This document shows positions 9,231 through 18,634 of a DNA stretch of 64,000 nucleotides, in pieces. The translations under genes and the position numbers were made by a program. Source of the stretch: a virus (taxonomy: Duplodnaviria > Caudoviricetes); IMG/VR virus record IMGVR_UViG_2974670102_000001, positions 96,001-160,000 of that record, one strand, 5' to 3'. Within the stretch, counting starts at the first letter, position 1; each line of letters begins with the position of its first letter. The notes beneath the pieces were generated by a model. That model had not been told where the DNA came from. It saw nothing but the letters and a program-made list of their open reading frames with translations, and made no database searches.

Positions 9231-9749
9231 TTAGGTTTCCTGTTTGAGTCGTTCGAGAAGCGATATCGCTTCCTCAAGACTGTTGATGTAGTTGCTGATG
9301 GAGCAATCGTCGAATATGGCGCTGTAGAAGTCAGCGACCAGCGGATGCGGCTCCAACGCAATTACTCGGTACGAAAGTGCCCACACCTCTTCCGAGAACG
9401 TGTCATTCGCGTACATGCAGTCGACGACATGCGCAGGATTCTTCAGCACGAACAGCGATAGCCTGTCGAGTTCACGACGGAGATACCAGAGCGCCTTGTC
9501 GATATCCTGACGTGCCTTACCCTTGTCACCACGACGATACACGTACTTGAATGCGTTACCGACGTTGAAAAGCATTAGCTCCGCAATGTCTACGCATTCT
9601 ACTCCACTCGGATGAGTGTTGTAGTGCTTCGGGTGATTGACATGTTCGTAGTCCGGATGATGTACTGTCAACGGCACTGCCGTGTTAGGCGGCAGTACCA
9701 TCGACTCCGGGACCGCGAACGGATGCCTCTTTGGAATTTCAAAATTCAT
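9231..9749 (-). CDS. DUF3310 / T7 gp1.7-like nucleotide kinase domain protein
   Basis: VNHPKHY...VECVDI...FNVGNAFKYVYR...K...DIDKALWYL. Confidence 0.85.
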   Translation of the reverse strand: MNFEIPKRHPFAVPESMVLPPNTAVPLTVHHPDYEHVNHPKHYNTHPSGVECVDIAELMLFNVGNAFKYVYRRGDKGKARQDIDKALWYLRRELDRLSLFVLKNPAHVVDCMYANDTFSEEVWALSYRVIALEPHPLVADFYSAIFDDCSISNYINSLEEAISLLERLKQET

Positions 9750-9765
9750 CCGTCGTCCTCAGCTA

Positions 9766-10491
9766 TTACTTGCCCTTTGCCGCGTCCTTCTCGGCATAGC
9801 GTGCGATGCGCGCCTGAAGCTGCGCGCTCGTCTTCGGCTTGTCCTGAAGAATCTTGGCCAGATAGCGAACTTCGCGACGCGAGAACTTGGCGCGGGCCCG
9901 GATCGCGTTCAGAGCGCCGATATCGGTCTCGTTACGCAGGCGATCTGCCCACATCGAGAAGCTGGCCTTCAGACCGTTCTCGTCGAGTTCCAGACCTGCT
10001 TGTGCTGCCTTCGCCACGTTGACCGTGCTGTAGCCGTCGTCGGCACCGAACACTTCCACGTCGTCGGTAAGGATCGTATTGTCCTCGCCTCGGATTTCGA
10101 GTGCCGATTGGTTGATCGACTTCGGAGCGCCTTGATCCTTCACGTGCTTGTCAGCGTTCAGGAGGCGACGCTCTTCTTCGACTGCGCCTTCTTGGTTCAT
10201 CATGCGCGCGGCCGTAGCCTCGTCGATGAGTGTGATCAGGCCGTTGATGACTGCCGTGCGGAACTGCGTCGATTCGAGCACGCGCTTGCGGCCGAAGCGT
10301 GCAGCCGCGTCCATCGGAAGCCACGTCTGGCGGATGACCAGCGGGTCCGACTTCGCGCCGTTTGCTTGCGGGATGTCGAGCACGACGTTGCCGCTCAGTT
10401 CGTATTTCGAGGACGCGGCGCTGTTCACGCACCAGACGGGACCGATCGGTTGTGCGTCCAGATCGGACAGGGAAAGACGTTTGATACCCAT
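9766..10491 (-). CDS. Hypothetical protein (paralog of 13089..13712)
   Basis: GPVWCVN..NG..SDPLVIRQTWLPMD shared motif. Confidence 0.8.
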   Translation of the reverse strand: MGIKRLSLSDLDAQPIGPVWCVNSAASSKYELSGNVVLDIPQANGAKSDPLVIRQTWLPMDAAARFGRKRVLESTQFRTAVINGLITLIDEATAARMMNQEGAVEEERRLLNADKHVKDQGAPKSINQSALEIRGEDNTILTDDVEVFGADDGYSTVNVAKAAQAGLELDENGLKASFSMWADRLRNETDIGALNAIRARAKFSRREVRYLAKILQDKPKTSAQLQARIARYAEKDAAKGK

Positions 10492-10570
10492 AAGTACTCC
10501 AAAATGTTTTGTTTGCGGGGCGGTCCGCTTGTGTGTTTCAGGTTTTGCTTATTTTGTGAGTAGCATTGAT

Positions 10571-10578
10571 TATTTACT
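10571..10578 (-). promoter_or_regulatory. AGTAAATA motif
   Basis: Intergenic, upstream of 10491. Confidence 0.65.
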
Positions 10579-10587
10579 ACACACGAT

Positions 10588-10857
10588 TTACTCGGTGATT
10601 TCCTTCTTGAGCCGTTCGGTAACCACACGAATCACTATAGGCTGAAGTTCTTCGGACACCGTAGGAAGTCCTACAAGCAGCGCGTAATCGTTCATCGTGA
10701 GTTCCGTGTCATCAGAAAACGACGGATCATATGCGCACCGCCCAGTCTCCCGATGCTTCCACATGCAACCCGTGCCAGCGGGCAGCGGGCACACAGAGGT
10801 CACCAACTGCTTGTCGATCATCGCGCAGTAGGTTCCAATTTCTTGTTTCTCTTCCAT
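10588..10857 (-). CDS. Hypothetical Cys-rich protein
   Basis: 89 aa with 4 Cys. Confidence 0.65.
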   Translation of the reverse strand: MEEKQEIGTYCAMIDKQLVTSVCPLPAGTGCMWKHRETGRCAYDPSFSDDTELTMNDYALLVGLPTVSEELQPIVIRVVTERLKKEITE

Positions 10858-10890
10858 GATTCGTTAGGATTTCTAAGTACCGAGCGTACG

Positions 10891-10911
10891 AAAAAGCCCG
10901 GTTTCCCGGGC
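10891..10911 (-). terminator. Rho-independent terminator
   Basis: GCCCGG-GAAA-CCGGGC followed by T5 on the minus strand. Confidence 0.75.
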
Positions 10912-10915
10912 CCGC

Positions 10916-11275
10916 TTAGAACAGGTAGTAGACGATGTTGGACTCGTCTGCCACGCGAATGAAGTCTTCAAACCGCAGTTGCAGTGTGTCGGTCTTCATG
11001 TAGACCAGATTATTGACTGCAAGCCGCAATTCTCGATCCTCGACCCACGCGTCTGGGTCGATGAGCATCAGCACACTGATCTCGCTCAGGCGGTCGATGA
11101 TAGCGTACCAGTCGGCATCGGCAATACCAATGTGATCTGCACCGAACTCTTTGACAAGCGCTTGTACCGATGTGCAGACAAAGAATCGGCGGTGCACCAG
11201 CGGCACAACGTAGGCCGTGATGCCGGGCTGAGGGACAGGGCGCGGGACCTCGGTGACGCGAATGAAGTCTTCCAT
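10916..11275 (-). CDS. Hypothetical protein
   Basis: 119-aa ORF in an operon-like run. Confidence 0.7.
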   Translation of the reverse strand: MEDFIRVTEVPRPVPQPGITAYVVPLVHRRFFVCTSVQALVKEFGADHIGIADADWYAIIDRLSEISVLMLIDPDAWVEDRELRLAVNNLVYMKTDTLQLRFEDFIRVADESNIVYYLF

Positions 11276-11277
11276 GA

Positions 11278-11667
11278 TCAGTCGTTCTTGGCGTGGCAGG
11301 CAGCGGTATCACCGCCGAAGTGGAGGCTCAGGATGTTGAAGGGGATGGTGCCAAGCGTCGCGCGCGTCTGCTCCATGCGACCGAACACGTAGCCTTCTTC
11401 CATCGGCTTCAGTTGGTACGGCGTGAAGTTTAGGAACATGATGACGTTGCGGTCACGGAACTCGTCATATGGAAGGCCCTGCTCACCGACGCGGATTTCG
11501 AGAAATTCGAGATCGGGATATGCCTCGCGATTGTCACGTAGGAAGTACTGGGCCGTTCCTACCTCGTTGTTGACGACTACTACAGTCAGCTTCTCTTCGA
11601 GGCCAAGGGCGGCGTTAGCGGCAACCGCTTCGAGGATATTCTTTTGTTTGGTCATTTGCGTACCCAT
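11278..11667 (-). CDS. Hypothetical protein
   Basis: Start at ATG 11667 (TAATG coupling) or 11655. Confidence 0.7.
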   Translation of the reverse strand: MGTQMTKQKNILEAVAANAALGLEEKLTVVVVNNEVGTAQYFLRDNREAYPDLEFLEIRVGEQGLPYDEFRDRNVIMFLNFTPYQLKPMEEGYVFGRMEQTRATLGTIPFNILSLHFGGDTAACHAKND

Positions 11668-12059
11668 TATTCGACTCGGAGAATGAGGTATTCTGGCGGC
11701 AGGTGCGATGCATACGACGCGGACAGTAGGCTGTTGTATAGGCCACGCACGATGCCTAGATTGAATTGATCTGGGTCGACACACGCGTCGAATATGACTA
11801 GCACGCGGCTAGTGCCGCGAACACGTGAGTCGGTGAGGGCGTCCGGATGGCACTGCATCAGGCCCAAATCGGACTCTTCCTTGAACTCGGACCCGAGCGC
11901 GTTCCATACGGAACAGTCGCGTTCGGACACGAGCAGGATTTCGAACACCACGCCCTCTGGAATGGCCTCGGACTTACGCACTGCATCGACGACCATGCGA
12001 GCACGTGTAACCGCAGTTTCCATCTGATAGGCGGGTTCGTAGAATTTGCTGATGTTCAT
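11667..12059 (-). CDS. Hypothetical protein
   Basis: 130 aa, overlaps the nuclease stop codon. Confidence 0.7.
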   Translation of the reverse strand: MNISKFYEPAYQMETAVTRARMVVDAVRKSEAIPEGVVFEILLVSERDCSVWNALGSEFKEESDLGLMQCHPDALTDSRVRGTSRVLVIFDACVDPDQFNLGIVRGLYNSLLSASYASHLPPEYLILRVE

Positions 12060-13078
12060 TTCACTACCTTGTTGAGGATGCGTTTTCTGGTCATCGCGAT
12101 TTGCTCGCGCATGCTCTGTTCAACGTCGAGTGCTTCGAGCCACACGTCGAAGAAATCGTCTACCTGAATCACGAGTTCTTCAGCGTTGTTCAGGTCTTCG
12201 GTCAGGACGGCCCGCAGGTCTTCCTTCGACCGGAAATTCTTGACGATTACGATGTTCTGGCGTCCTGCATAATCTGCGGCGCTCACGTCAGCACCGTCCT
12301 GAATCACGAGCTTCACCAGATCACGCTTGCCCCGAGGAATCGTTGCGAGATCGTCTCGACAAGAGATCACCACCGTATGCAACTTGAAACGAGGATCGTG
12401 CTCGATCAACTCAATTTCGTTGTCCGTATCGTTACGGTAGTTGATGTGATGGAAGTACTTGGGCAGCGACTCACCGAAGTTCGTCTGGTACAGGGTGCCG
12501 GAATAGTGCGTGTTGCGGACGCTGTGTGCGGTATGCAGGTGACCGCCAACCGCAATCAGTTTCGACTTCGGTGAGCCTTCCTTCTTGTGTACGCGCCCAC
12601 TGTCAGTCTTCGACCCGTACACCTCGTTGTGGAACACGTTGAGGTGGCCCGGCTGGAATGCGGTGCTCGGGTACGGAAGGAAATTGACGAGTGCCCGGTC
12701 GATCTTGACCTGCGTCGGCTCCGTGTAAAGCCGGAAGTTCGGGAGTCCGAACAGGATGAGCAGTTCGAGTGAGTGGCCGTTCTCCGCAAGTTCTGAGAAC
12801 ATGTCGTGGTTGCCCAAGATCACGTGGAACTCGATGTCCGGATACTCGTTGAGCAGGGCCACAAGTTCGCGCATAGCCTGATACGACATCCGCGTACCGT
12901 TGCACACGTCACCATACAGGAACAGCTTGTCGATCCCGTTCTCCTGCGCGTACTTTATCGGGCCACGTCGGACTTCGTTCAGGATCACGCGATCCGAGTT
13001 CTCCACGTACTTCGAGAGGCCACCGTCACCGGTCTGGTCTGACAGGTGAAGGTCACCAACTCCTACAAATTCAGCCAC
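12056..13078 (-). CDS. SbcD/Mre11-like (T4 gp47-like) metallophosphoesterase nuclease
   Basis: GDLH, GD, GNHD, GHLH, YSG motifs. Confidence 0.9.
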   Translation of the reverse strand: MAEFVGVGDLHLSDQTGDGGLSKYVENSDRVILNEVRRGPIKYAQENGIDKLFLYGDVCNGTRMSYQAMRELVALLNEYPDIEFHVILGNHDMFSELAENGHSLELLILFGLPNFRLYTEPTQVKIDRALVNFLPYPSTAFQPGHLNVFHNEVYGSKTDSGRVHKKEGSPKSKLIAVGGHLHTAHSVRNTHYSGTLYQTNFGESLPKYFHHINYRNDTDNEIELIEHDPRFKLHTVVISCRDDLATIPRGKRDLVKLVIQDGADVSAADYAGRQNIVIVKNFRSKEDLRAVLTEDLNNAEELVIQVDDFFDVWLEALDVEQSMREQIAMTRKRILNKVVK

Positions 13079-13088
13079 TCAATACTCC

Positions 13089-13712
13089 TTAATAATCGTA
13101 ACTCATGATATGGGCAGTCACAGGCCAGCGCGGCTGGACACGACGGCTTGCCGTGATGCTGTCGAACCTCTCCTGCTCGGCTTTGGCCTCCGGCGTTTCG
13201 AGGATTGCGGCAGCGCGCTCAGGGCTCACGACAGTGACGAGTTCCAAGTCTAGGAGACGCTGGAACGATTTGTTGTTGCGAAGGTCCACGATGGGAAGGC
13301 GGATATCGAGCGGGAGCCACGTGGCCGGAATCTTGAACGGGCTGGTTTCGCTGCCGTTCGGGTTGTAGCGCTTGACGAGCAGGTCTGCGAACTGACAAGG
13401 CGAGTGCGCAACATAGCCGCTCGTGTTCGACGTGTTGATCACGAAGAACGGGCCGTGATAATCCGGGTTGAGCAGGTTGTCGATAGCCTGCCCTTTCGTC
13501 CAGTCTTTGATAGGCGCGTGTGTAGGATGATCTTTGAGGCGCAGGAACTTCAGCAGCCGTTCGAGACGACGCGGAATGTATGCGTCACCGATACCCATCT
13601 TCGTGGCATCGAGCGGTACGAATTCGGGGAAGGCCGCGAGCGCCGGGCGCACTTTCTCGCGGCTGTAGAAACCATTCTCACCGAACGTCGTCGGGTTGTT
13701 GCTGTGACTCAT
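13089..13712 (-). CDS. Hypothetical protein (paralog of 9766..10491)
   Basis: GPFFVIN..NG...SPFKIPATWLPLD. Confidence 0.75.
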   Translation of the reverse strand: MSHSNNPTTFGENGFYSREKVRPALAAFPEFVPLDATKMGIGDAYIPRRLERLLKFLRLKDHPTHAPIKDWTKGQAIDNLLNPDYHGPFFVINTSNTSGYVAHSPCQFADLLVKRYNPNGSETSPFKIPATWLPLDIRLPIVDLRNNKSFQRLLDLELVTVVSPERAAAILETPEAKAEQERFDSITASRRVQPRWPVTAHIMSYDY

Positions 13713-13748
13713 GGTCGCCTCCTTGGGCGTGTAATTGATTACTTCACA

Positions 13749-15656
13749 TTATTTACTAGACTCCTTTTCGGCGCGTGCCCGGGCCAGAGCCTGAATTTCT
13801 GCGACCTGCGCGAGCGCCGTGTCCGCAGTCTCTGCATCACCTTTCTGCTTGGCACGTGTCGCCTTCACCCGCAACTTGTTGATCAGCGTCGACTCGTCCT
13901 TAGTGAGTTCAAGTTTCACGCGTTTCTTCGGAGCTTCGGCCTGCACGACCTCCCGCTGAGCCTGCTTGAATTTGTTGTAGTTCCACATCATGTACTCACC
14001 GCGATTGATCATGGCCTGATGCATGAGCGTCGGCGCATGGTTGTAGCGATGGTGCAGCTTTTCTGCCAGACCAAGTGTCGGGACGATGGCCAGCATCGGG
14101 CTCTCGCTGTCGTGATCACGAATGTTTCCACGACCTAGACACTGGATTGCGCGGTCCACCACATAGTCCTCGTCCGGATCGTAGCCCGGCGTACCATCCT
14201 CGTGAGGACGGCCCAACAGGAACTGAAGCAGTCGACCAAGTTGGGGCCACGGGTTGATGGCCGCGTGAAAGACCACGGCATTACAGCCCATGTACTTGTT
14301 GATACCGGGCGCGCGAGCGTGCGACATAAAGCGCATCATCTTGCGGTTGTACTCGTACTTTTCACGATGGCTCTCGTTGATGAAGAGCAGAGCCTTGTTC
14401 TCGCGTCCGTGTTTTGCGCGCCACTGGCGAAGTACGGACTCCGATTGATCAAGCAACCACTCCATGATGTCGATGTGTGCGTGCGCATTCTCCGTGATGT
14501 AACGCACGATGTCACGATCCTCCTGCTTCGTGTCACCGTAGAACTCGGGATCACGATGACGACCGACCGCACGCTGGATGTCAGTCGTGTTGAGGCCAGT
14601 ACGCTGCATCCAGTTCCCGAGTTTCGTGATCTGGTCCTTCGGCAGAATGAACCCGAAGTCGTACTGACGGATGGCGGGGACGCGAGAGTCACGGAGCAGC
14701 GGCACGATCACCAACTTCTCGTAGCGCCGGGCAATCCGCTCCATCGACGCCGTGTACCCAAGCTTCGTGTACTCGTTGAGGAACTGTCGGCTCACGTCGT
14801 TGAGGATCGCGTCTTCCCACTTCAGCAGGTGGTACATCTGCGAGTTCGTGAAGTCGGCGGCCATGATGTATACGTGCCGGAATCCGACGAACGGAAACGA
14901 GGGAAGCGAAATCTGAATCATCTTGCGCGCACTACCCTTACCCTCGAACAATCCATACGCACGCGTACGCGCAACACCGTCCTTCGTCGAGAGCGATGCG
15001 TGCAGATCGTCAAGCACAGCAAACTGCCGGGCCGCCGCCTTGCCGTTCAGCTTCGTGACCTTCTGGTTCTCTGGTATGTCGCGCGGGACCAGCGTACTGA
15101 TACCAGATGCCTCGTCCCCATCGAGTATAAGTGGATTGATGTCGAACAGGCGCTCCATGTAATTCTGGGTGTCGGCGTCCAGCTTGATCTTCTCCACGAT
15201 CTCGGCCCACTTACGGGCTTCATCGAAAATGACAGTGGTGTGCCGGAACATCGGGCTGGACTGTAGAGATAGGAAGCCTGCGTGGGTCATGAACAGAACG
15301 CACCCCGGGGTGAATGCGCGTGATTGCTTACCGTCGTTAGTGAATCCGTTCAGGATGTTAACGATTTGGTGCATGACGGATGTACTTGAATTGGCGCGCG
15401 CGTTATCACGCGAGTATGCGATACGAAGCATGAACCGCTCGCCCGGCGTGAGACCGGCCCGCAGTCGACGGTAAGTTTGACGAAGAAGCTGTCGAGAGGA
15501 CGCGACATAGAAAACGTAACGCGACTTACCACGCTCACCGTTGAGCCAAGTGCGGACGTGACGAGCCATGAACTCGCAAGCGGCCTCGGTCTTGCCGGTG
15601 CCGGGCGGTGCGTCCACGTAATTGATGATCAGCGGTGATTTCGATTCTTCCATCAT
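13749..15656 (-). CDS. SF2 helicase-like protein, possibly origin-binding
   Basis: Walker A DAPPGTGKT, Walker B IFDEA, motif VI-like QCLGRGNIR. Confidence 0.75.
   Translation of the reverse strand: MMEESKSPLIINYVDAPPGTGKTEAACEFMARHVRTWLNGERGKSRYVFYVASSRQLLRQTYRRLRAGLTPGERFMLRIAYSRDNARANSSTSVMHQIVNILNGFTNDGKQSRAFTPGCVLFMTHAGFLSLQSSPMFRHTTVIFDEARKWAEIVEKIKLDADTQNYMERLFDINPLILDGDEASGISTLVPRDIPENQKVTKLNGKAAARQFAVLDDLHASLSTKDGVARTRAYGLFEGKGSARKMIQISLPSFPFVGFRHVYIMAADFTNSQMYHLLKWEDAILNDVSRQFLNEYTKLGYTASMERIARRYEKLVIVPLLRDSRVPAIRQYDFGFILPKDQITKLGNWMQRTGLNTTDIQRAVGRHRDPEFYGDTKQEDRDIVRYITENAHAHIDIMEWLLDQSESVLRQWRAKHGRENKALLFINESHREKYEYNRKMMRFMSHARAPGINKYMGCNAVVFHAAINPWPQLGRLLQFLLGRPHEDGTPGYDPDEDYVVDRAIQCLGRGNIRDHDSESPMLAIVPTLGLAEKLHHRYNHAPTLMHQAMINRGEYMMWNYNKFKQAQREVVQAEAPKKRVKLELTKDESTLINKLRVKATRAKQKGDAETADTALAQVAEIQALARARAEKESSK
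13750..13757 (-). promoter_or_regulatory. AGTAAATA motif
   Basis: Overlaps the helicase stop codon, upstream of 13712. Confidence 0.6.
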
Positions 15657-15722
15657 GGTCGGTCGGTCGTCGGTTCCTGTAATTGATCTTGGGGGTCACC
15701 TGTATGGGACCCATTGGTAATT

Positions 15723-15730
15723 TATTTACT
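15723..15730 (-). promoter_or_regulatory. AGTAAATA motif
   Basis: Upstream of the helicase-like gene. Confidence 0.65.
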
Positions 15731-15939
15731 GCACTCAGTTCATCACACGAGTGTAACAGTTTTTGGTTTCACGATCAAGCCCTCGACCACGAGTGGGCGC
15801 AGCCCCGAGTGGGCAGCGTGGAGCGCGAGCGACACGCATTCCCAAACCGTCAAGCATCCAAGCTGTTGAGCACGCTGAGGGTCAGGGGAGCATGGATCGC
15901 TGCGCTCTCCATGCGAACCGCGTGCTGCGCACGGGTTTT

Positions 15940-16340
15940 TCCTTCCTGAAGAGAAGAAAAGGCTATGTAATTGAAAAGTCATAGCATCCATATAGATAGT
16001 ACGGCCGGGGCAGACTTTCAATTACATGGATCGGGACCAAAACGAGCCAAAAATCGCAGTTTTTCGCTACTTTCCTGACTTTTGTCGATTTTTCACACTT
16101 TTCTTCATTAAAAACACGTGTAATCAGGGCTTGACAGCGGCCGTATGTCCCATATACATTACGCGCACGCTATATCGCGCAATATGACGCGCGCCCAACA
16201 GGAGGATATGATGCACTATGACGAACATTACGCGCGTGCTGGCCGGTCGGCATAAGCTCGCAAGACCGATAAATAAAGGTCGCATCATGTTGACCCAGTT
16301 CGACGTTCCGTGTTAGCATCTGTTCATCACTGACAACCCG
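15940..16340. other. AT-rich divergent intergenic region, candidate replication origin / early control region
   Basis: Strand switch point; A/T tracts spaced about 10 bp apart (16049-16114); short repeats ACATTACGCGC x2. Confidence 0.45.
16131..16160 (+). promoter_or_regulatory. Sigma70-like early promoter
   Basis: TTGACA-18 nt-TACATT with AT-rich upstream sequence. Confidence 0.6.
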
Positions 16341-16351
16341 AGAGGTGCAAC

Positions 16352-16531
16352 ATGAAAAACAAACTGCAACGTCTTCCGTGTATCGTGTCGATCAAGAACG
16401 AGGGCAAGTACGCAACGCTCTCGCTCATCACTGGCAAAGACAAGTTCGAGGTCATGGTCGATCCGAAGGCGCTCGGTCAACTGCTGATGGGCACGAACCT
16501 GCTCACGTACACGCAACACACGAAAATCTAA
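16352..16531 (+). CDS. Small hypothetical protein (59 aa, not in ORF track)
   Basis: MKNKLQRLPCIVSIKNEGKYATL...; GAGAGG RBS; stop abuts the next RBS. Confidence 0.65.
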   Translation: MKNKLQRLPCIVSIKNEGKYATLSLITGKDKFEVMVDPKALGQLLMGTNLLTYTQHTKI

Positions 16532-16543
16532 GGAGGTGGCTCA

Positions 16544-17065
16544 ATGGCTACGAAAACTGGTTCGCGCTCTGCACTCCTGCCGTCCGTGACGCAGACACCG
16601 GCTCCCAAGAAGCCGAAGTTGAGGACCCCGGTCTACGTCGACCGCGAGAACCGCGTGCTCACCGTCGACTCGCGCGTCAAGACCTACCTGCGTCCGCTGT
16701 CCAAAGGCATCAGCGAAAAGGGCACGGTCGTCGCCATCGACGAGCGCGGTCTCTCGGTCAAGATCGACGGCGTGCGTGAGGTTCGCGAGTACACGGTCGA
16801 GGAAGCGGCCGAGAAGCTGATCTTCACGGGCATGAAAAAGAAGAAAGTTCGTTACGCGGAAGATTGCTCGACCGACGAGCGTGCCCGGGCATCCGTCGAG
16901 ATCGGGCGCTCCGGAATTCTGGTCGATCTGTATCTCGACGACCGGTCTGTGACGATTAATATCGAGCCTGAGCACGTTATGCGCGCGCTCGAAGGTCGTC
17001 CCCTAGGCGGGGTGATCCCGCAAGCACGCGCTCGTGTTCGCACCTACTCGGCGGTCTCGGAATGA
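16544..17065 (+). CDS. Hypothetical protein
   Basis: 173 aa, AGGAGG RBS. Confidence 0.75.
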   Translation: MATKTGSRSALLPSVTQTPAPKKPKLRTPVYVDRENRVLTVDSRVKTYLRPLSKGISEKGTVVAIDERGLSVKIDGVREVREYTVEEAAEKLIFTGMKKKKVRYAEDCSTDERARASVEIGRSGILVDLYLDDRSVTINIEPEHVMRALEGRPLGGVIPQARARVRTYSAVSE

Positions 17066-17412
17066 GCACGCGTAGCAACAAGAAGATGAGTCGTGGCCTC
17101 AACGGGGAAGTAATCGATCACAAGCGTTACATCAAGACTTACCGCTATCAGGTGATGCGGGTCATTCGCGACATCGAGAACGGGAGCGTGAACGAAGAGG
17201 ACATGGCAAAGCTTCGCAACTTTTGTCAAATGTCGATCACGTTGATGGAACACGCGCCGATTTCGCAAATTCAGGCAGCGTGGCGCGACACCGAGATCAT
17301 GGCGTTCGCGCACGATGCAGTTGACGACGTGCAGGACACCGGTGTAGTATTGCGCGGTCCCGATCAACCGGCTCGGTCAGGCTGCATCCCCGAGTCCTTT
17401 CGCAAGGAGTGA
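17062..17412 (+). CDS. Hypothetical protein
   Basis: ATGA coupling. Confidence 0.7.
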   Translation: MSTRSNKKMSRGLNGEVIDHKRYIKTYRYQVMRVIRDIENGSVNEEDMAKLRNFCQMSITLMEHAPISQIQAAWRDTEIMAFAHDAVDDVQDTGVVLRGPDQPARSGCIPESFRKE

Positions 17413-17738
17413 ACATGGAGAACGAACAACGCGTTGAGTTTGTCGAAGACTGGGCATCGGTGCTTCCCGAGCGCATTCGCAACCATAACAAGGACACCAT
17501 CGATAAAATCTCGATGGTGCTCGACGACGACAGTGTGTATGCGAAGCTGCACATTCCGATGAAGGAAGGTGAGTACGTGCAGGAGGTGGATGTCACGCAC
17601 CTGCATCCCGAACTTCGTGCGCGTCTCGCGCTCTCCCTGTTTCGTGACGCACTGGAACTCACGCGCAAGGCCCGACGTGAAGGCCGCCGTCAAGTCCGCA
17701 AGCTCATCAACGAAGCACTCAACCCCATGTACGACTAA
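17409..17738 (+). CDS. Hypothetical protein
   Basis: AAGGAG RBS; start at 17409 or 17415. Confidence 0.7.
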   Translation: MNMENEQRVEFVEDWASVLPERIRNHNKDTIDKISMVLDDDSVYAKLHIPMKEGEYVQEVDVTHLHPELRARLALSLFRDALELTRKARREGRRQVRKLINEALNPMYD

Positions 17739-17749
17739 GGCAGGAAACC

Positions 17750-17896
17750 ATGGAAGATCAACCCATCAAACTCACGGAAGCTGAGACCGAACGCTTCCTC
17801 GAAACACTGAAATCGCCGCCCCCGCCGAACGCGGCACTCGTCGAGGCGATGCGCAAATACCGGGAACAGGAGGAAGCAAGTGGCCGAAATCAATAA
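17750..17896 (+). CDS. 48-aa peptide resembling the C-terminal half of DUF1778/TacA antitoxins (not in ORF track)
   Basis: MEDQPIKLTEAETERFLETLKSPPPPNAALVEAMRKYREQEEASGRNQ; AGGA RBS; fills the gap between flanking genes. Confidence 0.7.
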   Translation: MEDQPIKLTEAETERFLETLKSPPPPNAALVEAMRKYREQEEASGRNQ

Positions 17897-18125
17897 CGAC
17901 CGCTACATGATCTATCAGGACAGCGACACGGACTACTGGCTCGCGTACATAAAGCTGGGCCCGGACCCGGGCATCACGGTCAACGTCACGCACGTGCCTG
18001 AGCCCAATCGCGAGACCTTCGTGAAGCTGCTGCGTGATCAGATCATCCGGGCCGCAGAATCCGCGTTCAAGCGCGGGTCCTATGACGCAAAACTTGGAGT
18101 GCGTATGGCGCTCCGACTCGACTAA
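17880..18125 (+). CDS. Hypothetical protein
   Basis: 81 aa, GGAGG RBS. Confidence 0.7.
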   Translation: MAEINNDRYMIYQDSDTDYWLAYIKLGPDPGITVNVTHVPEPNRETFVKLLRDQIIRAAESAFKRGSYDAKLGVRMALRLD

Positions 18126-18134
18126 GGAGGACGC

Positions 18135-18413
18135 ATGAAAAAGTTTATCGCACTGGCGGTCGTCGCCGTCACCCTCGCTGGGTGCGGCCCGGAGCCCGAC
18201 ACCCCGCTCGGCGGTGTCCAATACACAGAAGGTCGCTTCCAAGTCGCACGCGTCGGCGTCTTCCGCGACGAACTCGCGTACGGTGACAAGCGCGGCATCT
18301 ACACGTTCGTCGACACGAAGACAGGCAAGGAGTACGTCGGTGTCTCGGGCATCGGCATCGCGGAGACGGGTTCGCACTCCAGCGGCAAGACCCAGACGCA
18401 GGACGAGCGATGA
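18135..18413 (+). CDS. Lipoprotein
   Basis: MKKFIALAVVAVTLAGC lipobox. Confidence 0.8.
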   Translation: MKKFIALAVVAVTLAGCGPEPDTPLGGVQYTEGRFQVARVGVFRDELAYGDKRGIYTFVDTKTGKEYVGVSGIGIAETGSHSSGKTQTQDER

Positions 18414-18634
18414 GCGCTACTCCACTCTTTCTCGACGACGCTCCGCACCTGACGCCACTCGGTTTCGCAAATCGTCTCTACGTCGATAGCGTCCAGCACT
18501 CGATGCTGCGCCTGAATCGCGAGCGTACTGCCTACCATGATATGCCCGTCTACGGTGTGGATGAGGTTCAGAAACTTCTGCGCTACGCACAGGAAATGCG
18601 TGATCTGGCGGACCGTTTGCAGAGTGGGCGCTGA
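18410..18634 (+). CDS. Hypothetical protein
   Basis: ATGA coupling. Confidence 0.6.
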   Translation: MSATPLFLDDAPHLTPLGFANRLYVDSVQHSMLRLNRERTAYHDMPVYGVDEVQKLLRYAQEMRDLADRLQSGR

